In this document: in pieces, positions 28,001-40,900 of the stretch
Layout of the letters: each line of letters opens with the position of its first letter
How positions within the stretch are numbered: position 1 is the first letter of the stretch
NCBI GenBank assembly: GCA_040285855.1
Contig: JAUFOQ010000017.1
Coordinates: 806,001-870,000 of the forward strand
Direction: 5' to 3'
Length of the DNA: 64,000 bases
Source of the DNA: Eukaryota sp. GEM-RC1
Taxonomy: Eukaryota
The notes under the pieces: model-generated
What the model was told of the DNA's origin: nothing
Seen by the model: the letters and a program-made list of their open reading frames with translations, nothing else
Database searches by the model: none
Translations under genes and position numbers: made by a program

Positions 28001-30765
28001 AGTGATATCTCCTGAATAGTCTCCTTCAATCCAAGTAAAATCAGTAAGTAGTAAAGAAGAGTCAGGCACCACAGTAACAGTTCCTTTAACAAAATTGAAA
28101 TCTTTAATACTAAATGAACTGGAAGATGTGAAGGTTAAATCATTATGATTTTCAAACATCAATTCTGAGTTAAACCCATTCGAATTTACATCAAAAGTTG
28201 TTATTCCATCATTAATAAAGATAGAATCCGTAGAATCAGACAAAAATTCGACAAACTCAGCAAACTCTACAGTAGATTCTTCTGGAACTTTAAGAGTACA
28301 CATTGATTTACACTCAACTGTTAGAGAAACAAACTGAACAGCTTTGAGAGTTAGCTCAGAATTATCTAATAAATATAAATTAGACTTATCATCACCATAA
28401 ATTATATCAGAACAAAGTGATAATTTTCCAGACAATTCTCCTTTAGACCAGGTCAATGAATCAATTTCACAGTCATCACAATGCAGGTATCCCGTGCTTT
28501 GAACTTCTAAATTCTTAATGGTAGAGATGTCTCCCTCATCATCTTGTAGAGTTAGGGATCCTTCTACTATTAGAAGACCTTTAAACAACTCAGCGTTGAA
28601 CTGCTGAATAGAGTTGGAAAAGATGACGTTTTTGGTTAACGGAATTTTCAAGACTGACAACGTGGAAAAAGTGACAGCCATTGATTCTACTGTAGAAACA
28701 GACAAGGTGAAAGTTCCATCAAAGAACAAGATACCATCATTTGTGGTTTCAATATTATCGATAACAATGATATCGCCAGTAATAGCTCCTGAATTCCAGT
28801 TCAAACTGTTACAAGTGAGAGATCTCCCAGAATCTATAACAATGTTACCCTCACTTACCAAACTAGGTATAGAGTAATCATAGTCATTAAAGTTTAAAGA
28901 AGCATAATTGACAAATCCTGTAGTTATTTCGAAAAACTCGGTAGACATAGTGACAGTGGAACCTGACGACAAGGTGACGCAAGCATCAACAGAAGGACCA
29001 GTAATTTTAAACAAATTAGAAAAATAGTAGTTAGTGGACTCAAAAACTACATCACAGGATCCAAGACAATCAATCAGAACTGACATTGATGTAGTAGAGA
29101 ATCCAAATGTAAGTTCTGATTGTTCCTTCAGTATTAAATTATCAAGGACTTCATTATTTCCATGGAAAAAATGTGAATAGCTTAGCAGAAACACTTTTCC
29201 TAGTAAAGTTCCATAATAAAATTTCAAATCGATGCGGCATGTCACACAAATAAAGTCGCCAAATAATTCAACTATCGCTATATGTTCAAAAACGTCAATG
29301 AACTCAAGTACACCAAAAACAGTAAAATAACCGTCATTATAATCTTGTGACACAATTTCAGGGTTAGACAAAACAACATGATATCCTTCAGATATGACTA
29401 ATTCTGATTGAACATTGAATGGTAGAGTCAATTCAATATCACAGGAGAAGATCAGCTGACTTAGTGAGACAAATGGAACACTGTGAGTGGCGGAGATTTT
29501 AAAATTATCCGTAATTTCGATAATAGAGCCAGATACCGTTCCAGCTTTAAAAACAATTCCCCAACATGTAAAATACCAACATCAACTCTCAAAACTGCAT
29601 CATTTACTACAACATTTGGAATGAAGCTGTCGGGTTCTTCCTCCAAAGTAAATGTTGCGTCAGAATTAACATTGAAAATTATCATACCATGAGAATCCTC
29701 TCCTACAATATTGACAAACTGGTCAAAGTGCACCACGCCAGAACGTATTTCACAGTTTGATTCACAAAGAACATTGAAACCAGAAATAGATTCACACTCT
29801 AAATGAAGTAGTGTGTCATCCAAAAGATAGATGGGATCAGAATCGACAAATTCAATGTTTTTAATTTTTATGTTACCCTTTAATGAACCAGTTGATTCAC
29901 TGAGGTATAGATCACACTGATCATCCAGACACTCAATCGTTCCCCCTTGTAAGCGAGTAGTTGCTGATGAATCGAAAAAGGAAGGTAATCGGACAGTTCC
30001 CTTAACCAAGAATTCCAGTCCATCGTAGTCTCGTGGATTAAGATCACTTGTAAAGGTAAGTACAGCTCCATCAGAAATCTCGATCTGAGCTCCTTCTCCA
30101 AACGTAATTCCTGCAGGCATTGAAACTGAGTGGGAAACAGTTAACTTGTTTTGAATTGTTAGACAGTTCCCTGGAATAGATCCGGATTCCCAAATTAAAT
30201 TGTCAACTGTTAATTCAAAAATAGACATTTGTATTGTCCCTTGATTGTATAAACGAAGCGTCCCCAAAATGATAAGTGAAAGGTGAACACTAATAGGATG
30301 AGCAACATTAACATGGAGATCTAATGATGAAGAAGTTTGAAGCGTCAAAGAACTGCCGGATAATTGGTGTGGTTGGTCAAGAGAAAAGTCTTTGCCAAAA
30401 GCTCCAAATTCAACCTCAACAATGGAGGAAATGGAACCTTGAGTTTCCAAGGTCAGAGTTGCAACCGATTGGCATATCAAAAGAATGTCTTTAACACGGA
30501 AATGGTCTACAGGAAGTGTAATGTCGAAAGCCTTAAGAGCCACTGAATCAAATGTAGTTGAACATTCCGTACTTAGAATGGTGGACATCAAAACAGGGTC
30601 TCCACCACCATCATCATCAGGACATAGAGAAGAAGGGTTCTCACTTGCCAGGATTAGCCAGGACGAAGTATAACAGACACCAGTACAAGTCGACAGAAGA
30701 CATATATTAGAAGCAGATGAGCAAACAAAGAGTAGAAACAGACAAATAGCAACTAGTCTAACCAT
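7079..30765 (-). CDS. Giant (~7,900 aa) repeat-containing cell-surface/multi-pass membrane protein, split by 1-nt frameshifts
   Basis: Eleven abutting or overlapping minus-strand ORFs. Signal peptide MVRLVAICLFLLFVCSSA; 256-aa repeats; IPT/TIG-like motifs (PPTIQSISSP..VINGDDFG, PEILRLDPP..TVYGNNFG); LTEIEVYG; Cys-rich CPAGFF..CTACPLNSY; hydrophobic multi-TM C-terminus. Junctions checked at ~29550, 23291, 20220, 18685, ~15960 and ~13112 are each repaired by adding one base to a homopolymer. The ~10.75 kb junction needs more than one change. Confidence 0.8.
14390..28720 (-). repeat. Coding tandem array, 768-bp unit, ~18.6 near-identical copies plus diverged flanking copies
   Basis: Marker GAGTTGGAAAAGATGACG recurs 19 times at 767-768 bp spacing from ~14792 to ~28612. 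Confidence 0.97.
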
Positions 30766-30920
30766 TAAGAGATGAGTTCTTCAAATTGGTTTGGTTCTCC
30801 GTAGATATAGATCAATCGCACTGGATAGATCAATCGTGTTGCCCTATTATATTAGAGAGAAAAATGACGTCAAATCCAGTGTAGGTTCTTTAGTTCAAAA
30901 CGTTTCTTTCTCTTATTGAT
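30766..30920. promoter_or_regulatory. Short bidirectional intergenic region between the giant gene and DCC1
   Basis: 155 bp between divergent ATGs; direct repeat ATAGATCAATCG at 30807 and 30825; palindrome TGACGTCA at ~30865. Confidence 0.45.
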
Positions 30921-32045
30921 ATGATTCTTCCCTCAAGTTCCAACGACCTTCGTTTCTCAGACAATTTCTCCTCAAATAATTTCTTCGTACTTGAGGTTTC
31001 TGATGATCTTTTCGATTCTATTCTTAATTCAGAGTCTAACAGAAACATATCTATTCGTGGTGATGGTAATGAAAATGCTCGTCTTGTCACCACCACTCAA
31101 ACCTTCAGTCTTGTAGAAAGTGAATCATCAAACACTGACCTCATAGCCACCTCTACTTCTTCCACATTCGATACTCACTCATCACTCAATTGTCTGCTGA
31201 GTCTTGAGGAGTCTCTTCCCTCGTTCAATCTCGTCAATCAGTATCTCAAGTCACACATGTTCTCGGGAACAGAACCTCTCTCAACATTCCTTCCCTTCTC
31301 CCAACTCTCTACTTTGGCAATGGCTTCCCCTAGTGAACTCCTCTCACACCTGAGTTCATTGGAAGCAGTCTGTTTAAATCCATCAGATCCCTTTTCTGTT
31401 GACTTCTCTTGGCCTTGTGACACGTCCTCAATCCACGTGATTCTTTCAGAAAGCTTCAAGAAGTATCTGCTTGACCAGGTATTAATGCTATATCTTGAAC
31501 ATGAGTGTTCCCAAGGAGTTATGGACGTACCATTGATTCTTAAGGAATTGAGCCCTATTGAGCAAACGATTACTATTCAATTATTAAAATATTATTGTAA
31601 AGAAATTTCTACTGAAGTTGTAATTCTGTCACCGGAAAAAATAGCTCGATATTTGATATTTAAAATATTTGATCAAAAGTCGGACCGTATTGTTGTTGAG
31701 GATGTCAAACTATCGTGGGAGTCTAATTGCTGTGAGTTTAATTTCATCCCGTCATCAATCCTGACTCTTTCCCTTTTAAAGGGATCAGTGATTTCTCTTC
31801 CAGTGCTTGGATATAATGGAGAGTTGATGCAGGAGTACTGGTGTCGACTCTCATCTACAGACCTGCCTGTTCCGGCTGGTGAGAGGTTTAAAACTCTCTT
31901 TCGGTTAAAAGATGAGTGGAGACTGGATGAGTTGGAACCGTATATTAGTCCTATTCTTTATAAGGGAGTTACCATGGATTTCTTGTTGAGTAGACATGCT
32001 CGTAAGGTGGTTGGAAGAACAGATTTGACTTATTCCAAGAGATAA
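30921..32045 (+). CDS. DCC1: Sister chromatid cohesion protein DCC1 (Ctf18-RFC subunit)
   Basis: IRGDGNENARLVTTTQTFSLVESESSNT near the N-terminus and ERFKTLFRLKDEWRLDELEPYI near the C-terminus are typical Dcc1 motifs; 374 aa, no introns. Confidence 0.88.
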   Translation: MILPSSSNDLRFSDNFSSNNFFVLEVSDDLFDSILNSESNRNISIRGDGNENARLVTTTQTFSLVESESSNTDLIATSTSSTFDTHSSLNCLLSLEESLPSFNLVNQYLKSHMFSGTEPLSTFLPFSQLSTLAMASPSELLSHLSSLEAVCLNPSDPFSVDFSWPCDTSSIHVILSESFKKYLLDQVLMLYLEHECSQGVMDVPLILKELSPIEQTITIQLLKYYCKEISTEVVILSPEKIARYLIFKIFDQKSDRIVVEDVKLSWESNCCEFNFIPSSILTLSLLKGSVISLPVLGYNGELMQEYWCRLSSTDLPVPAGERFKTLFRLKDEWRLDELEPYISPILYKGVTMDFLLSRHARKVVGRTDLTYSKR

Positions 32046-32797
32046 TCTTGATGAGTCAAATTAAGTTCTATTTTTGTTATTTGCCGATTTATCTTTAGAT
32101 TGTTGTGATCTGTGAATGATTGAGGATTTTGCTTTTGGTGGCTGACTTTGTTTTGGTTAAAGATTATCAACTTTGAGTCAGTTGTTGAATAAGACACATG
32201 TTGTAGGATTTATATGTGTTCGTCAGAATGACATTGTTCACTTTCACCATTTTTTTACTTTTTAAAGTTGAAATATGCTCTCCTTTTGAATTTGATTTTA
32301 TAGGACAAAATTAAGTTAATTAAATTAAATTACAATAAATTCAAATTCTGTGAGACGTTATCACTATACATTGTAGTCATTTCTTTTAGCTTTGTCACTT
32401 CTTATTATGTATAAGCGTGTGATAGCTGCTTTTGTACTAGTATACATTCACTTACAAAAGGGGGTTTATGAGCTGAGATAAACACACAACAAGAAAATCA
32501 ATATACATATAGACTATCAAACAAACGATAAAACGTTCTACCCAATTCCAAAAAGTAGTTACCACCACGCAACTTGGCCAAAATAGAATCAGCATATGTA
32601 TACATTGACCAAAACAGCGGAAAAGCAAATCAACTCTTTTAGCAGGACCTGTTGAACTTCTTACAGAATGTTTTGAACAGGTTTTCAAACAAATTTAGAA
32701 ACTCTCTAGAACATCATCCATATCTCCAGATCAAGCTATCGTAAAAGGCTGAAAGGCAGTATTTTTGTCTTCGATGCGATTTTAAAGCAGCAGTTTG

Positions 32798-33498
32798 TAG
32801 TGTTGTAATTTGAGCCGAGTTTAACTAACGAGTTTCGAGTTGAGTCGTCTTATCTTTTCGTGAGTCAGTCTGACTCGACTCGAGTTGGCTCAACTCAACT
32901 CATTTGACTCATGCCTACACTGGTAGTGCTTCACGTAAAGTACCTATAGATGTCCGAGTTGAATTTTAAGTTTAGATTCGAAATATTAAGTACGATATAT
33001 AATCTCACTTTTTCTGTCTATTTTATTTTCTGTAGTGTTTAGTTTATAGAATAAAGCACTTTTTTTTAAATAATCGCTTCTTTTGTTGTTGGGCAAATGA
33101 TCAATAAATGTACTGTATCCCAATTCTCTTGTACTGCTAAGCTAAGGGTCAACTTGCCCTTCAAACAAGTTCTGCTCCAAGTGAGAGGTTGTTTTCAGCT
33201 GCTAATTACATTGTTAGCACAAAGCGTGCTCGTAGAAGTGATGATACAGCAAGATATCTGCTTTGTTCACGGTCATGGTGTTCAAACAATTTGATTGAAG
33301 TTGATAGTAATATTGACTTTGAGTAACAATTCTACAACTACAGTAGTAGTACTAATAGTACTAAATAAGACTGATTTTTATTTTGGACAATCATAAGACT
33401 CACGAGTCGAGTCGAGTCAGTCGAATTTTTGATGAGTCAGTCTGACTCGACTCAGATGACCTATGAGTCGAGTCGAGTTGACTCAATTTACCACACTA
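32798..33498 (+). mobile_element. Non-autonomous hAT element retaining a dimerisation-domain remnant
   Basis: Imperfect TIRs TAGTGTTGTAATTTGAG / CTCAATTTACCACACTA; dense GAGTC/GACTC subterminal motifs; internal QTSSAPSERLFSAANYIVSTKRARRSDD (~33160-33250). GCAGTTTG occurs at 32790 and at 33506, 7 nt beyond the right TIR. Confidence 0.8.
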
Positions 33499-33684
33499 CA
33501 ATGTAGCAGTTTGATTGACAAATTAATGATTTTTATATAGTCAGCTTATACTAGACACTATCCACAAATGCCTCTAAAATACTCTATGTATTACTCAGGC
33601 CTTCTGGCGAAAGGAAATCCATTGTCTAGCCGTGGAAGAAAGAAGTATGGATGAACAGGCTGAAAAACAGATTGGGTAAACATA

Positions 33685-34401
33685 TACCGGCAGCAGTAAT
33701 TCGTCTCACCACAGAATTAGTCTCAGTGAGACCAATTTTGTCCTTGGCACTTTCAGAGTTGCTGAAGTGAGACTAAGAATGTCCTCAAATCTCAAATACG
33801 CATACATTTCATATTTCTGTTTTCCATCCAGTTATCGACTAATCATCGTAAAGAAGTGTGTTCACATCAATAATAAATATACAAACTGTTTCTTCATAAC
33901 AAGCACATTCACATTAGTATTAAACAACCGTATTGATCACTATTGTTGTGCAAGCAAACATTTTGATGACAATTTTTAACAAATAATTCAAAACATAGAA
34001 TGAACCGTAATCCGATTGAGAAAATGGTCTTTTGAGGATCTACATTGTATAATAGACGATGAGTGAAAATGAGTGTCCTCCAACTTGGCTCCTGTCTATG
34101 TACTGACGAACATTGTTGACGAAACTCATGATCTTTGGATTACAGTTCAGTTGACGATCAGGAACACTTCGACACTGGAATTGATGAACAAGGACTCGTT
34201 TAGATGACGTGATTAAAAGAGGATAACGATTTTTGTTTAATATGAGTTTTACTAATACATATTTGTAGCCAAAAATAATTGAGGACATAATTACATGTAG
34301 TCTCACTACAAAATTAGTCTCAGTGAGACTAATTAAGGGATGGAGGGTCAATAATCTCAATACAAAATCAGTCTCAGTGAGACTAATTACTGCTGTTGGT
34401 G
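33685..34401. mobile_element. TA-flanked MITE (Tc1/mariner-like) with 23-bp palindromic subterminal sites
   Basis: TIR core CAGCAGTAATTcGTCTCAC (33691) / GTGAGACTAATTACTGCTG (ends 34395), extendable to TA on both sides. AATTAGTCTCAGTGAGACTAATT-type palindromes at ~33715, ~34313 and ~34366. Confidence 0.7.
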
Positions 34402-34424
34402 TAAATCCTTCTTTTGCCATTTTA

Positions 34425-36945
34425 ATGACTCCGCTAACTCCTCCACCAAAGATGAGTCGTCCATCAGAGGACTCTGATGGTAGTCTTATCATGTCATCTA
34501 ACCAATCCTTGGCTTCTCCACTAACAACACTCCTTCATGAATCTTTTCCCAAACATCTTCATTTCCAAGAATCCTTGTTGATACTGATACAGCTTCATTA
34601 CCTCAGACGTCACATTGGAGCACTCAGCTGTTGCCTCTTCAGTTTGATTAAACGTATCCCCGTCCTTTTTGAAAAAGCTGGTTATGTCAGTGAACGTTTC
34701 TATGAATCTTCTTTTCAGCAGTTAAGGTGTTCGTTGAAATTGTCACATTTTTGTCGCTCCTGAAGAACTTCCCTTACTTTTTTCAATCGCTTCTTACTTT
34801 GGGACAGAAGTTAAATCAGTTAATTTGTACGTGAAACCGTCGTCATTTGTAATTGAAAACATTCGTCCGGTTTCTTCAGTTGTTTCAGAACTGTTTATAT
34901 GGCCACTATCTGATTCAAACCAATCAAATCCTTATGATTCTATTCAATTACTTGACCATTCTTCTCCTTTTTCTTGTCACGACTTACTAGACTTGTTGTT
35001 CTCGGCGGTTCTGTTTCTATGGAAACGTTTACTTTCTTCTGTAATTCATTAATGAATAATACTAATGTTGTCGATTTAACTATATTCATGGATGCTCTTT
35101 CTACTGTTGAAGTAGTTGCTCTTGCAGAAATGTTTTGTTCAAATACCACCTTGAAGAAACTTTCTCTTGGGTCCAAGTCTTCAACTAAAGATGAAGATTA
35201 TATGATTTTGTTTTCTGCTATTTCAAATAATTTAATAATTGATCATGTGGACATTTCTGGATTAAAAATTGCACATTCTAATGTAGTTTTACCAATTCTC
35301 AACAGTTCTACAATTCAGAGTCTTTCGTTTCCTAGTGGTTGTACCATTGATTGTACTCTAATGAATGCGCTTAAAAATAATTCAGCTATTAGAGAAGTCA
35401 CTTTCCGTGAATGTACCGTTAGAGCCAATGATTTTGTTGATGTTTTAAATTTGAATAATGTTTTAAAAAAACTCAAAATACCGTTCTCTAATTTTTGTTC
35501 TTTCTCTCCTATTTTCAAAGTTCTTGAAACAAATAATTCTCTAATAGAATTAGACTTGTCCTATCGCAAGGAGCCACTGATTGACCAGGAAGTTGAGGCC
35601 TTGGTAAAAATGCTTAGAAAGAATAACAAGTTACTTGCTCTGAATCTTAATTCAATAACCTTGAGTTCTACCCAGTTTACAACCATTTTAAGAGAACTGG
35701 AAAGTAGTTCATTACTAAGAAGTGTCAGTTTTGCACACTCATTGCGTTTAAACAGTTTAATCTCATATTTTAAAGCAATGTTTAGTGCACAATTAATTTC
35801 ACTTATTGGAATTTCGCCTCATTGTATTGATGTTTCTCTTGGTCTAATTCGTTATCAATTTAAAGTCGGTTATCGCGATTTAATGTCACTTTTAAATGCT
35901 TTACAGTCAAATATTCCCATTAAACGTGTTGAATGTCGTGGATTGAAAAGTCTAAGTCTAGAAAGACTTATTGTTATATTTCAAATTCTTTCGGTTGACA
36001 AATCTGTAATAGATCTCGATATTTCTCCTCATTTAATTGACGTTGAAAATGGCATGTTTTGCTTTTTTCCAGAACAGTCTACTGAAATAACTACTGAAGA
36101 AGTTTCATTTCTAAAGACTCTTTTAAAGTGTTATAACATCAAAAGGCTTACTTTACAGCGATGTCGTTTCTCTTTTAAAGCAATCCAAGTGTTATGTGAT
36201 TTAATCAAGATCAATAATACTTTAACATCAGTTGACTTCAGTTGTTTTGAGCTGTATAATTCAATCTCTTTTTATTACTCTGAGGGAGCGGTCCATATAT
36301 CCAAGGTAATCAATTCATTTCAATCACACTCTCATTTAAGAACAATCAATCTTAGTCATGTTACTTTCGGATTTAATCATCTGTTGACTATTTACGAGCT
36401 AATTTCGACTGGACATTTACCTCCAAATATTAAAGTTTTCCCACATTCAATTGATGTTTCTCTTGGACTTATTCGTTATTTAAATCAGATTAAACATGAT
36501 CATCTAATTTCACTTTTAAAAGCTTTGAAATCAAATGTTCATATTAAACGAGTTGAATGTTGTGAATTATATCCTCTAAATTTTGCAAAATTCATTGCAT
36601 TATTTAAAATTCTGGCTCTTAACAAATCAGTGCTAGATCTTGATGTTTCTCCTCATTTAATTGACGTTGAAAATTGTGTTTTTGTTTTTCTCCACAAAAG
36701 TCTACTAAAATTACTACAAAAGAAATTTCATCTCTACAGTGTTTTTTGCAGGGTTATATTATCAAAAGCTTATTCTAAATCGATGTCTTTTTACAGAGGA
36801 ATCAATTACTGTTTTGTGTGATTTAATCACTGTCAATACTTCTTTGACTTCTGTTGATTTCAGTGATTGTAATATAACAGAACTTTCCAATGGAACTGAA
36901 TTATTGGATGAAATTTCGAAAGTCAATTCTAGGATTAATCTTTAG
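34425..36945 (+). CDS. Leucine-rich-repeat (RNI-like) family protein, frameshifted
   Basis: ORFs 34323..34763, 34825..35052, 34974..36821 and 36739..36945 are pieces of one gene. Repeats such as LCDLIKINNTLTSVDFS and LLKALKSNVHIKRVEC. N-terminus paralogous to the 45967 gene (LHFQESLLILI / LHLQQSLLLLI; GYVS; GTEV). Confidence 0.75.
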
Positions 36946-37049
36946 CCATCCATATTTCTAGAATTGTACAGTAGTTTCAATAAAAAAATAATTGTTCATC
37001 CAGTTTTCTAAAAAGTTCTTTAGAAATACCATTATTTCCGTACAGTGAA

Positions 37050-37850
37050 TAGCAAAACCATGGAGATGAAACAAGATGTGTCGACGAGAATTCATTTGTG
37101 TAGCCATTTCATTATACTGAACTAATTGTTTCAATTCCGTTGTTTCGAAATGTATGTAACAAACAGTTTATAGATGAACGGAACAAAAATACATATCAAA
37201 ACCTCTTAAAGTTAAGCTGATAACATAAGTTTGACCACATGGATCTAATGTTGTAACATCAAGGACAATTTGACTGGAATTAGAAAACGGACCATGTAGA
37301 TCACCTCGACGGGAAGTGCTTATTAAATCAATTCCAAACGTACTGAATAAGGGTTCAACTTTGGCATCAAATCCATAGGCTTTAGACATTTCGCATTGCG
37401 ACGATGACTACAAACACAGTCATAGTTGTCGAGCAATTCAGCAGGAAACAAACCTAAATCTAAGAGCATTATTATTTTCCAAGCCTCATCACACAAATAC
37501 AAACCAAAAATACGTAGTTGAGTGATCAAACAAGTTGAATTCTTAGTATTTACAAAATCAGCAAATTTTCTATTAATTTGAGTAACACTAAAACGAAATC
37601 CAGGTTTTTCAATGCCTTCAATAGATTATATTGAATTTTAACCAATACGGGAGAGAGAATAGAGGTTTGTCAGGAATACTTGGTAAATAAAAGGAAAACA
37701 GCTGTTGCATTTTTCCAAGTCCAAATTGTCAAAAACCGAGTCTAAAGAACTTATCCAAAGAGAAGAATGTATGAGATGTACATTTAACAGAAAGCTGTAT
37801 CAAATCGAAAATTCTTCATTCCACCAATAAACGCACTTTAAGTTAGTATG
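37050..37850 (-). mobile_element. CRE/SLACS-like non-LTR retrotransposon remnant
   Basis: KAYGFDAKVEP..RRGDLHGPF..IVLDVTT endonuclease segment; upstream SAFIGGMKNF similar to the 3.2-4.4 kb copy. Confidence 0.7.
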
Positions 37851-37922
37851 AAGCCTCCAGAAAATCACACACTGTTAGTACTGGTACAGTACCTTTAAAA
37901 TAAATTTACTTTACCTTCTCCC

Positions 37923-40900
37923 ATGTCTACAGACAACAATAATTGTTGTGTCCCATGTGCTGCTGCGCCTTGCTACAGAGTGCTCCCGCACTCACCAAGG
38001 TCCCAGGACCCCACAATGAGCCGTTTTTTCTCGGAAGGTCCCGCCCTCCAAGGAACGGTTACATCCCTTTTAGAAGGTTCCGCCCTTCAAAGTCCCTCTT
38101 CTGGTGAAAATTCCGCCCTTCAAGGTTTGACTTCTCCAGAAGGTCCCATCCTTCAGGATACAGTTTCCGCGTCAGGTTACGCCCTGCAGAATTCTGTCTC
38201 TGAAACTTCCCCTCTTCCAGAGAAGGTTCAGAGAACAGCTCCTCCGGTGATTATAACCGTCGAGGATTCACCTTCCACGGTAGCTTCTGCACAGACAGGT
38301 AGTCGGAGTAGCACACCTGACACGTCACTACTATCGAAGATTCACCTCCCGCGACAACAAGTCCATCCTTTGAAAAATTAGGTCCCTGTTCAACTCTAAG
38401 CCAAAAGCTAAGAACACCTTTTTTCCTACTCTGAACATTGAGGAGACGATCACTCCCTCCGTAACTCCCTTGGTACCACCAGGAGGACTTACACTCCCGG
38501 AACGAGGCTCAGTCCCCCTTCCATCCAAAAAAGTCTTTGCCTAAAGCCTCTCGTAAGAGTGATTCCAAAAAGTCTCAGGTGGGTCCCATCCCTATTCCAA
38601 AGACATCTAAATCGCCAGTACCGGATACCAATCCAACTCGTGGTCATAGAGTAGCTAATCAACCAGTCATTCCCACCGTGGATCCTGATTTGGAAGATTT
38701 AGTTCCTTATGATGTTCCTGATGATGAAGAGTCTAGACGGCCGCCTCCCGTAGGCCCAGCTGACCATTCTCAACCACTGCCGTCAAGGCCTACTGGACAG
38801 GAGTTCCAACCTCCATCTATAATTCCCGTTCAAGGGTTTATACCAGTTAGATCCTCTATGACGGGTTCGTCTGAATTATTCCAGGCCCCGCCTGGCCCTT
38901 TCCAGCAAGGGTTAACCGACGACGAATTAAAACAAGCCCGATCGTAGAATGTTTCAAGTCGGACGTCAACAGGCGTATGATTTTCTATATGGTAGAAGAC
39001 CGGATATTGAGACCCCAGATCTCAGAAATCGATTCCCTAGACCAGCTTTGGCTGCCATAAGAGTCATTCGTCATATGTTCAATGACGAAGTTCCACCCCT
39101 GGAAGGAACATTCACGATCTTGGATGATCAGCGCAGACCCCATTCCATTCTTATGGACCCGAGCGAACCCGAATCTCTAATCCCCATTAGAAAATGTTGG
39201 GAAATCGTTCAGGATGTTCGCACTGCTCATCTTTTTACAAAGAACCACCATTCGAACCCAATCACCTCTCTGTCTTCCAAAGACACCGAGAGCTCCACTA
39301 CGGCGTTCGCAGACGTGGTCATCCAACCCACTGCCCTCAAACATAGAGCTCGAGTCGAACATGAAGCAGAACTCGCTCGTAGAGCGCAATCAAATCCGAT
39401 CCCTAAAATGAAGGAGGTTTCCGAACCCTCATTTCCTGCCGATCAACCATTTCCCAATCCACAACACGATGTTCTCTCCATAAGAGATCTCACCGGGACT
39501 CTCAGCTCATCGTCCATATCGAATTCATCTGGTATCCCGTCTCCCATGGCCGTATCAGCTTCCAATCCGATAGAGGAATCCCCTGAACCATTATCGCACT
39601 CAGTGGTGACGTTTCAACAGAAGTTCCCTGTTGATTCGTTAAAGAACTCAAAAATGCAACCGAAAATGCTTGAGAACTTAAAACCAGAGTCGTTAATCGA
39701 CTTCGTAACCGATTACCACCAATGGAGTTTAATGGATCCAAACCATAAAGCCCCCATTGGAGCCCCTTTCGGATGGCCTCGTCATTTTTTTGACTTGGTA
39801 CGAACTGCAGCCCAGTCTGCTGACCCTTCTTACGTGCAACGTTTTGTGAAATTCAACATACAGACACAACTGTCGATGTCTCGTGAATGGAACGGAACCA
39901 CTCCTCTGCAACTTTGGATCGCGTTGCTCAGACGCACACAGTATACAGATGTTACTGTGGCGCTCAACGAGTTGAACAAGATCAAGATGAAATGGTCAAT
40001 CAACGACCCAGAGGAAAGATGGGGCGATTACATCAACAGATTGCATCGCGTTCTCCAACGAACACAAGCCATTCTACCCAAGAATGAAAAGGTTATGACT
40101 GCTTTATCAGATAAAGCCATAATCAAAGCCATCATGGCCAACCTTGGAATAGTCTCCATTTGGCTCGAACTCTGGCCAGCATATCAGGACTCCAATGATA
40201 TTCAAATGCTTTTCTACCAAGTGAAGCAACAATACGACAATTGGTGCGACCGGTGGAAATCGTCAGCAGCATCTGTTCAAAATGAACAGCGTATTGCCGA
40301 GATCGCCAATCTCAGAGGTACAGCCACCTGGGAAGAACTCCCCAAATCATGGACCTCCAGACCTCTCATCCCCGTTCAATCAGAACCTGGGAAACCCCGA
40401 AGAACCTCTTCTAGTGTGAAACCCATGAAGAAGTCCCGTTCTGAAGAAAAAGACCCCAACGCCTGTAGATTTTGTGGCGAAAAGGGCCATTCCATCCTCC
40501 AATGCCCGGATCCCGAATGTAAACGTAGTGAGCTTCCTCTAGATCAACGTAATGCAAAGAGTACCGCCTCAAAACCATCTCGTAGTCATAGTAAGAAACA
40601 CTTGTCCCATAAAAAATCTAAATATTTCAATGCAAAATCATTTTAACAGCCTTGTGGATATATCTGATAACATCACATCTAGTCAATCAAATCCCACTTT
40701 GATTGAAACCAATCAATTCTTAAACCCATTGAGCAACATCAGTTCTGCCAATGGTAATACGAACTCACAAAGCCTGAATTCCATATTCAGCATAAGTAGT
40801 CAGAACCCACTCCCTCTTCTCAGCTGCAAACTGATGATTAACGGAATTCCGGTTCAAGGTTTTTGGGACAGTGAAGCAACCATGTCCGTAATCACACAAG

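Noticed and set aside
14390..28720. Array as a CRISPR-like or satellite repeat
   Set aside because: The unit is 768 bp, a multiple of three, and coding throughout; there is no repeat-spacer structure.
15562..28877. Recurrent 78-100-aa plus-strand ORFs (MEKMTF...)
   Set aside because: Antisense shadows of the coding repeat. Most start at TTG, and some units carry a stop (e.g. GAATAG at ~14965 and ~28017) without affecting the minus-strand protein.
37660..37900. Possible 5' LTR and primer-binding site of the gypsy element
   Set aside because: This stretch translates on the minus strand as part of the non-LTR remnant, and no second LTR copy exists in the window.
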